From Bacilli bacterium (lineage in GTDB: Bacteria; Bacillota_I; Bacilli_A; RF39; UBA660): a stretch of DNA of 64,000 bases. Numbering within the stretch: the stretch's first letter is position 1; each line of letters opens with the position of its first letter. The notes beneath the pieces were generated by a model. The model was not told the DNA's origin, ran no database searches, and worked only from the letters and a program-made list of their open reading frames with translations. A program made the position numbers and the translations under genes. Of this stretch, positions 33,694 to 42,354 are shown piece by piece. Where the stretch lies: the NCBI GenBank assembly GCA_017612805.1, contig JAGAFD010000002.1, positions 287-64,286 of the forward strand, in the 5' to 3' direction.

Positions 33694-34583
33694 ATCTTTA
33701 AATACTTTCTAACTGCTCTAATAGATGAAATCATACCCATCAAAGCCCCTAATACTAATACAAATAATGAAGCATAGAAAATAAATGGGAATGGTTTAAC
33801 CATCTTGATAACATTACTATAAATGTATCCATTAGTACGATCATATAAAATTAAATAACCATAAATCATAATAATTATTGGAATGATTGATCCTAAAACA
33901 CCTAAGATAAATCCTTCAAATAAGAATGGCAATTTAATAACAATATTAGAAGTTCCTACTAAACGCATAATTTCAATTTCGGTTTTTCTCGAAAAAATGG
34001 TTAATTTAATCGTGTTACCAATTAAGAAAGCCGTTACTACAAGTAGTGCAATTACTAAAATTATTGATACTTTTTCAACAATATCAAAGATTACAGCGAT
34101 CTTTTCAACCAATCCTTCATTGTAATCGACTGATTCAACATAATCACTATTACCAACATAATCAGCAACTTTTTTCATATTTTTAATATCATCAACTTTG
34201 ATAGTATATGAATCAAGTAATGGATTATAACTTAAACTATCTAAAGCATTTAATAAGATTTGACTGTCATCTTGGCATTCTTTTTTCCAATCTTCTTTAG
34301 ATTTATATTTATATTCTACAATATTTTTATTCTCTTTTAATAATGCATCATATTCTTTAATTTGCTCTTCATTAGTATCATGAAATAAATAAGCAACAAT
34401 CGTTAATTCATTTTCATATTGTTTAGTTAAATAATTAACATTAAAACTAATAATTAAGGCAATTGCTACTAATAAAAGGGTGATTGCCGAACAAGTAATA
34501 GATGCAAAGCTTAAACTAAAATTACGGAAAACACTTTTGAAAGCGTCTCTAATATTTCTAATTATTACTCTTATCGCTCTCAT
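33690..34583 (-). CDS. ftsX: Cell-division ABC transporter permease FtsX
   Basis: Four-TM FtsX topology with a large extracellular loop after TM1. Start set at the second Met (MRAIRVIIRN...) rather than the track start 34607; this is uncertain, and either start overlaps ftsE. Confidence 0.75.
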   Translation of the reverse strand: MRAIRVIIRNIRDAFKSVFRNFSLSFASITCSAITLLLVAIALIISFNVNYLTKQYENELTIVAYLFHDTNEEQIKEYDALLKENKNIVEYKYKSKEDWKKECQDDSQILLNALDSLSYNPLLDSYTIKVDDIKNMKKVADYVGNSDYVESVDYNEGLVEKIAVIFDIVEKVSIILVIALLVVTAFLIGNTIKLTIFSRKTEIEIMRLVGTSNIVIKLPFLFEGFILGVLGSIIPIIIMIYGYLILYDRTNGYIYSNVIKMVKPFPFIFYASLFVLVLGALMGMISSIRAVRKYLKI

Positions 34584-35265
34584 AATATTTTCCTTTCTCT
34601 TGATCATAAACGACTACACCATTTTCAATCGCAATAACTCTTTTTTTCATTTTATCAACAATTTGTTTATCATGAGTTGCCATAATAATAGTAGTTTTTA
34701 ATTCTTTGTTAATAGTTTCTAGTAATTTAACGATTTCAAGTGATAGTCCTGGGTCTAAGTCTCCAGTAGGTTCATCGCAAATTAATACTTTGGGATTATT
34801 GACAATTGCACGGGCGATACATACACGTTGTTGTTCGCCACCAGATAATTGATTTGGGAAAGCTCTAACTTTATCTTTTAAACCAACATGTTCTAAAGCT
34901 TTTAATACTTTTGTTCTAATTTCATCACTTTTAGTTCCGATTGATTCCAAACCAAAAGCAACATTTTCATAAACGGTTAATTTTGGTAATAGTTTAAAAT
35001 CTTGAAATACTACCCCAATTTTTCTTCTTAATTTATAAACCGAACTATTTCTTAATTTAGCAACATTAATACCACCAACATAAACTTCACCTTTTGTTGG
35101 ACGTTCTTCACGATATAATAGTTTAACCAATGATGATTTACCAGAACCAGAGTTACCGATAATAAAAACAAATTCACCTTTACCAATCGTAAGATTAGTA
35201 TCAACTAAAGCGGTTACGCCATTTTGATAAACTTTATATACATTTTTTAATTCAATAAACTTCAT
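34558..35265 (-). CDS. ftsE: Cell-division ATP-binding protein FtsE
   Basis: 235 aa. GNSGSGKSS Walker A, LSGGEQQRVCIARA signature, ICDEPTGDLD Walker B. Confidence 0.9.
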   Translation of the reverse strand: MKFIELKNVYKVYQNGVTALVDTNLTIGKGEFVFIIGNSGSGKSSLVKLLYREERPTKGEVYVGGINVAKLRNSSVYKLRRKIGVVFQDFKLLPKLTVYENVAFGLESIGTKSDEIRTKVLKALEHVGLKDKVRAFPNQLSGGEQQRVCIARAIVNNPKVLICDEPTGDLDPGLSLEIVKLLETINKELKTTIIMATHDKQIVDKMKKRVIAIENGVVVYDQEKGKYYESDKSNN

Positions 35266-35301
35266 TTAATCACCTACATTAATTATATATAAATTTTATT
35301 C

Positions 35302-36198
35302 TTAGATAAATGGTAATTTATCCCTCTTTACACCGCCAGATACTTCATAGCAATCGCTAATAACGAAGAATACTGTTGGATCTACTTTTAATAACACTTC
35401 TTTAAAGAAGACATAATCTTTATTAGGGACAACACACATGATTAATTGTTTGTTTTCTTTTAAATAACCACCTTGAGCATTTAAAAGGGTTACCCCACAA
35501 TTTAATTCTGTAATAATAAAATCTTTGACTTTTTCAACGTTTTGGGTATGGACAAAGAATAATTTAGAATCACTAATACCAATCATGATTTTATCAATTA
35601 AGGTACTACCAATATAAATAATAAAGATACCATAAATCATTTTCATAAAACCAAGTTTATAACCAGATATAACAATAATAATACCGTTAACAATTAAGTT
35701 AGCTTTACCAGTAGGGATTTTTAGATATTTCGATAATATGGCATTCATGATATCGCTACCACCAGAACAAAAACCATACTTATATAAAACTCCATATCCA
35801 ACACCATCTAAAATAGATGATAATAAAACCATAACTAAAATATTATCAAAAGCAAACCATTTTAAAATATATGGTACTAATGGGCTAGTAAAACGAATAA
35901 CTAAGGGAACTAATAAAGCCCCGATAACTGCATCTTTAAAATATTTTTTACCTAATAGGAAATAAGCTAATATTAATAAAATGACGTTACCACAAAAGAT
36001 AAAGGTTGATGGTTCAATTTGATTTTTTAATACAATCGCAATACCTGATAAACCTCCAGCAACGATATCATTATGAAGTAAAAAAACATTATAATTGATA
36101 GCAATTACAAATGCACTAAATATTAACATTAGATAACGAATAAGAAATTCTTTATTTCTAATTCGACGTATAAAGCTTTTATAAGTATTTTTCTTCAT
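35302..36198 (-). CDS. YitT-family (DUF161/DUF2179) membrane protein
   Basis: 298 aa, about 5 TM helices and a C-terminal soluble domain. ...NAQGGYLKENKQLIMCVVPNKDY... is typical of YitT. Confidence 0.65.
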   Translation of the reverse strand: MKKNTYKSFIRRIRNKEFLIRYLMLIFSAFVIAINYNVFLLHNDIVAGGLSGIAIVLKNQIEPSTFIFCGNVILLILAYFLLGKKYFKDAVIGALLVPLVIRFTSPLVPYILKWFAFDNILVMVLLSSILDGVGYGVLYKYGFCSGGSDIMNAILSKYLKIPTGKANLIVNGIIIVISGYKLGFMKMIYGIFIIYIGSTLIDKIMIGISDSKLFFVHTQNVEKVKDFIITELNCGVTLLNAQGGYLKENKQLIMCVVPNKDYVFFKEVLLKVDPTVFFVISDCYEVSGGVKRDKLPFI

Positions 36199-36282
36199 AA
36201 CGCTACTCTCCTATTATTACAATATTCATTATAACATGGATAGAGTTTTTAATAAAGATATTAGTTTAAAAAGTTTTAAATT

Positions 36283-36309
36283 AAAAACATCTAATTGTTA
36301 TTAGATGTT
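36283..36309 (-). terminator. Intrinsic terminator after ychF
   Basis: Perfect 10-bp hairpin aacatctaat-tgtt-attagatgtt (36286-36309) abutting the ychF stop; a T-run follows on the minus strand (complement of 36283-36287). Confidence 0.55.
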
Positions 36310-37410
36310 TTATACATTAAATCTAAAATATACGATGTCGCCATCTTGCATTAAGTATTCTTTACCTTCAAGTCTAACTTTACCGGCAGCTTTAACACTT
36401 ACTTCTGATTTATAAATTTTTAAATCATCATAACTCATTATTTCTGCACGAATAAATCCTTTTTCAAAATCAGTATGAATAATACCAGCACATTGTTTAG
36501 CTGTCATGCCATCTTTAAAAGTCCATGCTCTTACTTCATCAGTTCCGCAGGTAAAGAAGGTTTTTAAACCTAATAAATAGTAAGTTGCAAAAATCAATTT
36601 ATCCAAGCCACTGTTTCTAATACCTACATCAGATAAGAAAATGTCACGTTCTTCATCAGTCAAACCGGCTAGCTCAGCTTCTAATTTAGCACACATTACG
36701 ATAACTTCGGATCCTTCATTTTTAGCATACTCTCTTACCTTAAGGGTATACTCATTATCACCAACAGCAGCATCTTCTTCATTAACATTAGCACAATAAA
36801 TAATTTTTTTATTAGTTAAGAAATTAAAACCGGCTAATACTTTTTTCTCATCTTCATCAAACTCTAAACGACGAATCGGAATTTCTTTTTCTAAAGCTTC
36901 CTTGCATTTTCTTAAAACATTAACTTCAAATAATGCTTCTTTATCTTTAGATGTTTCGGCTTTCTTAGCAATTTTATCAATACGGTTATTGATAATTTCT
37001 AAATCGGCTAAAACAAGTTCGATGTTAATAACTTCAATATCTCTAATCGGATCAACAGAACCTTCAACATGAATAACATCAGGATTATTGAAACATCTTA
37101 CTACTTCAACAATACAATCTACTTCTCTAATATGACTTAAGAATTTATTTCCAAGTCCTTCACCTTTAGATGCACCTTTTACTAATCCAGCAATATCAGT
37201 AAATTCGAAAGTCGTTGGTACCCTACTTTTGGGTGTATATAGGTTATATAAAAACTCTAATCTTTGATCAGGTACAATAACTACCCCAACATTAGGTTCG
37301 ATTGTTGCAAAAGGATAATTAGCAGCTAAAATGTTTAGTTTAGTAATTGCATTAAAAAGCGTTGATTTACCAACATTTGGTAAACCAACTATTCCCGCTT
37401 TTAAACTCAT
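36310..37410 (-). CDS. ychF: Ribosome-binding ATPase YchF (Obg-family GTPase)
   Basis: 366 aa. GLPNVGKSTLFNAIT P-loop, DIAGLVKGAS, C-terminal TGS domain. Confidence 0.9.
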   Translation of the reverse strand: MSLKAGIVGLPNVGKSTLFNAITKLNILAANYPFATIEPNVGVVIVPDQRLEFLYNLYTPKSRVPTTFEFTDIAGLVKGASKGEGLGNKFLSHIREVDCIVEVVRCFNNPDVIHVEGSVDPIRDIEVINIELVLADLEIINNRIDKIAKKAETSKDKEALFEVNVLRKCKEALEKEIPIRRLEFDEDEKKVLAGFNFLTNKKIIYCANVNEEDAAVGDNEYTLKVREYAKNEGSEVIVMCAKLEAELAGLTDEERDIFLSDVGIRNSGLDKLIFATYYLLGLKTFFTCGTDEVRAWTFKDGMTAKQCAGIIHTDFEKGFIRAEIMSYDDLKIYKSEVSVKAAGKVRLEGKEYLMQDGDIVYFRFNV

Positions 37411-37429
37411 CTTATTTCCCCCTCAAATA

Positions 37430-39007
37430 TTATAATTTAATAATACCATTGATACCAATTGGTAAACCAATGATGTAAGCAATGACAATTATTATAACAA
37501 AGAAGATTATTGTAAACAAGATATATGGTAATTGATATTTAATAGATGAGAAAATACCAATTGGTTTTTTATCTTGATTATATTTTTGTAAAAATGCTAA
37601 GTAAATTACAAAGTATGCAAATAATGGTGTCATTGATAGAGTACAAGCTTCTGCAGCTTTATAAACAAATTGCGTAAATTCTGGTGAAATACCAGCATTC
37701 ATCATTACTGGCATAACACTACCAACTAAGATTTGCCATCTAGTTGCTGATACTGGCACTAAAATAGTTGATATTAAACCAATAATAAAGAATAAAATCA
37801 CTAGTGGAAGACCACTAAAGTTAATAGCATCAATAAGGTTAGCTAATTTAGCAACTAATACTGACCCAATATTAGTATATTTAAAGAAGCCAATAAATGC
37901 AGAGGCAAATAAAATTAATACTAATGTTTTACCAATACCATCTAATGAATGACCTAAATTATCACAAACATCACGATTGTTTTTAATTGTTTTGGCACCA
38001 ATACCATATAATAATCCAGCAATGACAAATAATACTAAAACAATAAATACGAAACCATTACTAAAGAATGAATCATAACTGAATAACTTATCAATATATA
38101 AAACTTGTGAATCATCTAATAATCGACCTGAGAAAGGAAGGCCTGGAACAATATTATATAAGAAGAATAATAAATAAATACTACTTCCAATAATACTGAA
38201 TTTTAAACCTCTTTTTTCATAAGTATCAATAACTTTATCTTCTTCAACGATATTTGCTAATGATTTATCAACTTCCGTAGGTTCATCATTAAGTTCATAT
38301 TTACCAAAGAATGGCGCTGTAACTCTTTCACTAATGTTTGTAATAATGAAAGCCATCGCTATTACTGAAATAGCACTAATAAATAACATACACCAAATAC
38401 CTAAAGTATAATTAGAATCTAGAATATGCGCACCTTCTAAAGTTAAAGTTAAAATAGTTGAATCTTTAGCAGTAAATAAAATATTTATACTACTACCAAA
38501 AGTTAAAGATGCAAAAGCTACAGTTATACCAGCAAGAGGATTTCTTCTACCATGCAAATATAATAAAGCACTTAATGGTATTAAAATAACATATGATAAA
38601 TCACCAACTATTGATGATAAAATACATATTAATACTAAATAGAAAGTAACCGTATTTTTCTTAACGTTTCTTGTTAAAAGGGTGAAAATGGTTTTTAAGA
38701 AACCACTCTTTTCCATAATACCAATACCAATTAATGAAATTATTAATGTTGATAAAGGAGTAAACGCTACGAAGTTAGAAATCGTATTACTGAAAATATA
38801 CTTTAACCCTTCAACGGATAATAATGATTCAATAGTAACCAAAGTATTTACAAACTCTTTAGTATTTGGATTTACTTTTACATAATTAGCATCTAATCTT
38901 AAAAGTGCAAGTAACACACTAAATAACATCATTACTACAATCATAATGACAAAAGTCATTATGGGATGTAAATGTACCTTTTCCTTAAATATTTTCACTA
39001 TTATCAC
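37430..39007 (-). CDS. AbgT-family transporter
   Basis: 525 aa polytopic. The N-terminus ...HPIMTFVIMIVVMMLFS...VNPNTKEFV...LLSVEGLKYIF...NFVAFTPL...GIGIMEKSGFL aligns with AbgT/MtrF. Confidence 0.75.
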   Translation of the reverse strand: MIIVKIFKEKVHLHPIMTFVIMIVVMMLFSVLLALLRLDANYVKVNPNTKEFVNTLVTIESLLSVEGLKYIFSNTISNFVAFTPLSTLIISLIGIGIMEKSGFLKTIFTLLTRNVKKNTVTFYLVLICILSSIVGDLSYVILIPLSALLYLHGRRNPLAGITVAFASLTFGSSINILFTAKDSTILTLTLEGAHILDSNYTLGIWCMLFISAISVIAMAFIITNISERVTAPFFGKYELNDEPTEVDKSLANIVEEDKVIDTYEKRGLKFSIIGSSIYLLFFLYNIVPGLPFSGRLLDDSQVLYIDKLFSYDSFFSNGFVFIVLVLFVIAGLLYGIGAKTIKNNRDVCDNLGHSLDGIGKTLVLILFASAFIGFFKYTNIGSVLVAKLANLIDAINFSGLPLVILFFIIGLISTILVPVSATRWQILVGSVMPVMMNAGISPEFTQFVYKAAEACTLSMTPLFAYFVIYLAFLQKYNQDKKPIGIFSSIKYQLPYILFTIIFFVIIIVIAYIIGLPIGINGIIKL

Positions 39008-39179
39008 CTATTATTCTTTTTAATTTTTTTTCAAATTCTAATCGATCAAGCATTATTTCATGATTACAATTAACACATTTGATTTTAATATCAACGCCTA
39101 CTCTAGTAATAGTCCATAGATTAGTACCACAAGCATGGTTCTTTTTCATAATAACTTGATCGCCAATTTTATATTTCAT
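38985..39179 (-). CDS. DUF951-family small protein
   Basis: 64 aa with two Cys pairs (HACGT...CVNCNH). Conserved position between ychF and parB as in Bacillus. Confidence 0.55.
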   Translation of the reverse strand: MKYKIGDQVIMKKNHACGTNLWTITRVGVDIKIKCVNCNHEIMLDRLEFEKKLKRIIGDNSENI

Positions 39180-39188
39180 AAAATCTCC

Positions 39189-40076
39189 CTAATCGTCAAT
39201 TTTAACATTTAATATTTCTAAAATTCTTTCCAAGTCTTTTTCAGAATCAAAAGGAATTTCAACTTTTTTGTTTGAAATTTTAACTTTCGTACCAACTAAT
39301 TCACGCATTGTATTTTCATATATTTGATAACGTGGATTAACGCTTGGTTTAACACGGGTAATAGGATTATTCTTCTTAACGCTGTTACCACTAACTAAAT
39401 CTTCAATTTCACGAACACTTAATTTTTCATTAATGATTTTTTCCGCTAATTCGGTTATTTTTTCTTTATCTTCAATTTTACTTAAAACACGTGCATGTCC
39501 CATTGAAATAGATTTATCTTGAACATACTTTTTAACGTTTTCTGGTAATCTTAATAAACCTAATAAATTGGTAATATAACTTCTGCTTTTACCGAATTTT
39601 TTAGATACTTCTTCTTGCGTTAAACCAAGTTTAATAATAATTGCTTCATATCCTTTAGCTTCATCGATTGGATTTAAATCCTCTCTTTGAATATTTTCAA
39701 TTAACGCAATTTCCATCATTTGTTCATCATTAAAGTTTCTAATAATTGCTGGAATGGTTTTTAAACCGGCTAAACGTGAAGCTTTGGTTCTTCTTTCACC
39801 AGCAACTAATTCATAACCTTTAATACTTTCTTTAACAATGATTGGTTCGACAACACCATGTTCTTTGATAGATGCTGCTAATTCATTTAATGATTCTTCA
39901 TTAAAGGTTTTTCTTGGTTGATATGGATTACTACGAATCTCATCTAAATTAATTTCTTTAATATCATTTTTACTAGTATTTCTTACAATATCTTTTTCAA
40001 AGTTATCAAAGTTAATTCTTTCATTAGTAAATAATTGTTCTAATCCTTTGCCTAAAGCTTTTCTCTTAGTTTCCAT
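39189..40076 (-). CDS. parB: Chromosome partitioning protein ParB/Spo0J
   Basis: 295 aa. ParB box GERRTKASRLAG and an HTH (LTQEEVSKKFGKSRSYITNLL). Confidence 0.9.
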   Translation of the reverse strand: METKRKALGKGLEQLFTNERINFDNFEKDIVRNTSKNDIKEINLDEIRSNPYQPRKTFNEESLNELAASIKEHGVVEPIIVKESIKGYELVAGERRTKASRLAGLKTIPAIIRNFNDEQMMEIALIENIQREDLNPIDEAKGYEAIIIKLGLTQEEVSKKFGKSRSYITNLLGLLRLPENVKKYVQDKSISMGHARVLSKIEDKEKITELAEKIINEKLSVREIEDLVSGNSVKKNNPITRVKPSVNPRYQIYENTMRELVGTKVKISNKKVEIPFDSEKDLERILEILNVKIDD

Positions 40077-40851
40077 CTCTACTAATCACTTCCTTTGCTA
40101 AATTATCGTAGGCTTCGGTAGCTCTACTAGTTGGTTCATAATAACAGATTGGTTTACCATGTGATGGTGCTTCAACTAATCTTACTAATCTTGGAATAAT
40201 AGTATTAAATACTTTATTCTTAAAGTAACTCTTAATTTCTTCAATTACTTCCAATCCAATATTTGTTCTACCATCTAACATGGTTAATAAAACCCCTTCT
40301 ATTTGAAGTCCCGGATTAATATCACTTTGAACCATCATAATAGTTACTAATAATTGGGTAATTCCTTCAAGAGCATAATATTCACATTGAACAGGAATAA
40401 TTACTGAATCAGATGCTACTAAAGCATTCATCGTGGAAATACCTAATGATGGTTGGCAATCAATAATGATATAGTCATAATAATCACGAATTGGTTTAAG
40501 CTTGTTTTTTAATTGTTCATTTTGATGAAAAGTATTATCATCTAACATCTTTTTGACAAATTCAACATCAATACCAGCTAAATTAATAGTTGCTGGAATC
40601 ATATCTAAATTATCAAATGGCGTTCTAATTATGGCTTCTTCAGCAGTTATATCAAGCGTTATTAAATCATAAACATCATGATTTATTTGAGAATTAGTCA
40701 CACCTAATCCAGTAGTAGCATTACCTTGACTATCTAAATCAATTAGTAAAGTCTTTTTGCCTAATTTACCTAAAGCAGCAGCTAAATTTATTGATGAAGT
40801 AGTTTTACCAACGCCACCTTTTTGATTAACTAATGATATAATTTTTGCCAT
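40066..40851 (-). CDS. parA: Chromosome partitioning ATPase ParA/Soj
   Basis: 261 aa with the deviant Walker A KGGVGKTTSSINLAAAL. Confidence 0.9.
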   Translation of the reverse strand: MAKIISLVNQKGGVGKTTSSINLAAALGKLGKKTLLIDLDSQGNATTGLGVTNSQINHDVYDLITLDITAEEAIIRTPFDNLDMIPATINLAGIDVEFVKKMLDDNTFHQNEQLKNKLKPIRDYYDYIIIDCQPSLGISTMNALVASDSVIIPVQCEYYALEGITQLLVTIMMVQSDINPGLQIEGVLLTMLDGRTNIGLEVIEEIKSYFKNKVFNTIIPRLVRLVEAPSHGKPICYYEPTSRATEAYDNLAKEVISRDGN

Positions 40852-40908
40852 AACTTCACGTCCAATCTACTCACCTATATATTTTAACACATAGATATTT
40901 TTTTGTCT

Positions 40909-41658
40909 TTATAAAAATAGTATTCCTAAAATAAATACAATTAATTGTGATAAAAAGTTAACCATATTATTATCAATAATAGTTAACCCTTTAACTTTTT
41001 TAGTTTTACGTTTACAATGAATTTTTTCTTCAACTTCTTTTTTGCATTTAGGGCATACATATGCAACTTGAAGATATGCACCTAAAACGCTATCAATAAA
41101 TGCTCCTAAAGTTCCTAAAAAACCAATTAAGAAAAATGCATAACAATTATGATTAATAAAAGCATAATAAACAATTGCAATTATTAATGATCCAAATAAA
41201 GAACCAAGGATTCCTAACAAACTAATATTGCCACTAATATTAGTTTGATCTTTTTTAAATGTTCTTAAATTAAAGTGATGTTTTGCTGGTTCACCAATTG
41301 TTGAAGCAAGTGAATCGGCTAAGCATTCGGCTAAACTTATTGCAGCCACTACTAAATACATGTCTTTGTATGAATAATAATATAGTAATACTGCAATGTA
41401 AGGCAATAATAAATTGCAAAGCATTTGAATTTCATTACGGGTGCCTTCACCACTGGTCTTAGTGATTTTACTAAATATTAAATCAACAAAGAAAACTAAG
41501 AAAATCATTAAGTATAGTGGATAACCGCCATAATATGTTGCCCCATATGTAATAACCCCAGCAATTAAAGTCCCTAAAAGATTAATAGCTTTTTTAGAAT
41601 AGGCATAATACATTAATAATAATGTTGCTAATAAACAAATAAATATTTTCATAATCAA
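40909..41658 (-). CDS. DUF92/TMEM19-family integral membrane protein with C-terminal zinc-ribbon
   Basis: 249 aa polytopic. ADSLASTIGEP matches the DUF92 ADTxASExG motif (B. subtilis YyaD-like). C-terminus CPKCKK...HCKRK. Confidence 0.5.
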   Translation of the reverse strand: MIMKIFICLLATLLLMYYAYSKKAINLLGTLIAGVITYGATYYGGYPLYLMIFLVFFVDLIFSKITKTSGEGTRNEIQMLCNLLLPYIAVLLYYYSYKDMYLVVAAISLAECLADSLASTIGEPAKHHFNLRTFKKDQTNISGNISLLGILGSLFGSLIIAIVYYAFINHNCYAFFLIGFLGTLGAFIDSVLGAYLQVAYVCPKCKKEVEEKIHCKRKTKKVKGLTIIDNNMVNFLSQLIVFILGILFL

Positions 41659-42275
41659 TAAAATAGGATATACACTAGCAATGATGTACTTAATGGAAGT
41701 AGTATATTATCCAACCCTTTCTTACTATATAATTCAATAAATGTGGCAAATACTGCCGTTAATAATAAATAAACATAATTAGGAGACTTTAAAGTAAAGA
41801 ATAATAAAAGTACTGCAATCATAAATATGGTTAAGCTTCCTGATAATGTTTTATCATTAACAATTTTCTTAGTTTTTATTAATGAGGCAACTACCGGAGC
41901 AAGACCATCACCAATGGCCATTAAGAAAAAGCCAATGAAATACGCATCACGAAAATCATTAAAGAAATACGTTATAATTGATAGAACCGTCATACTAATT
42001 GCATAAAAGACTGTTCCTAAAGTATTATTCTCTTCTCTTTCCATTCCCTTAAAAATATTAAATTTATAAGAAAGAAAATTAATAATAATAAATGTAGCAG
42101 GAATAATCATGATATGAAAAGAACACTTAAAGAAATAGAAAATAATGAAATATGCAAATGCTACAAAAATATGGATGAACTTTCTACTATATTCTACTTT
42201 CTTAAAAAGTTTACTAATAAAAATTATTATGAAAACGTATAAGTATGTTAAGACATACCCTAATAATATATCCAT
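41655..42275 (-). CDS. Polytopic membrane protein, CarS/dolichol-kinase/CTP_transf_1-like
   Basis: 206 aa. RKFIHIF...GDGLAPVVASLIK resembles the polyprenol-kinase and CDP-diglyceride-synthase superfamily. Overlaps the DUF92 gene start by 4 nt. Confidence 0.4.
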   Translation of the reverse strand: MDILLGYVLTYLYVFIIIFISKLFKKVEYSRKFIHIFVAFAYFIIFYFFKCSFHIMIIPATFIIINFLSYKFNIFKGMEREENNTLGTVFYAISMTVLSIITYFFNDFRDAYFIGFFLMAIGDGLAPVVASLIKTKKIVNDKTLSGSLTIFMIAVLLLFFTLKSPNYVYLLLTAVFATFIELYSKKGLDNILLPLSTSLLVYILFY

Positions 42276-42354
42276 ACTACCACCATTATTATTTTAACAA
42301 AAAATTAATATTTAAACAATTAAAAAACTAACTAAAATAGTTAGTTTTTATTTT

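Noticed and set aside
34480-34701. 73-aa plus-strand ORF across the ftsE/ftsX junction
   Set aside because: Antisense to two strongly supported genes; no RBS.
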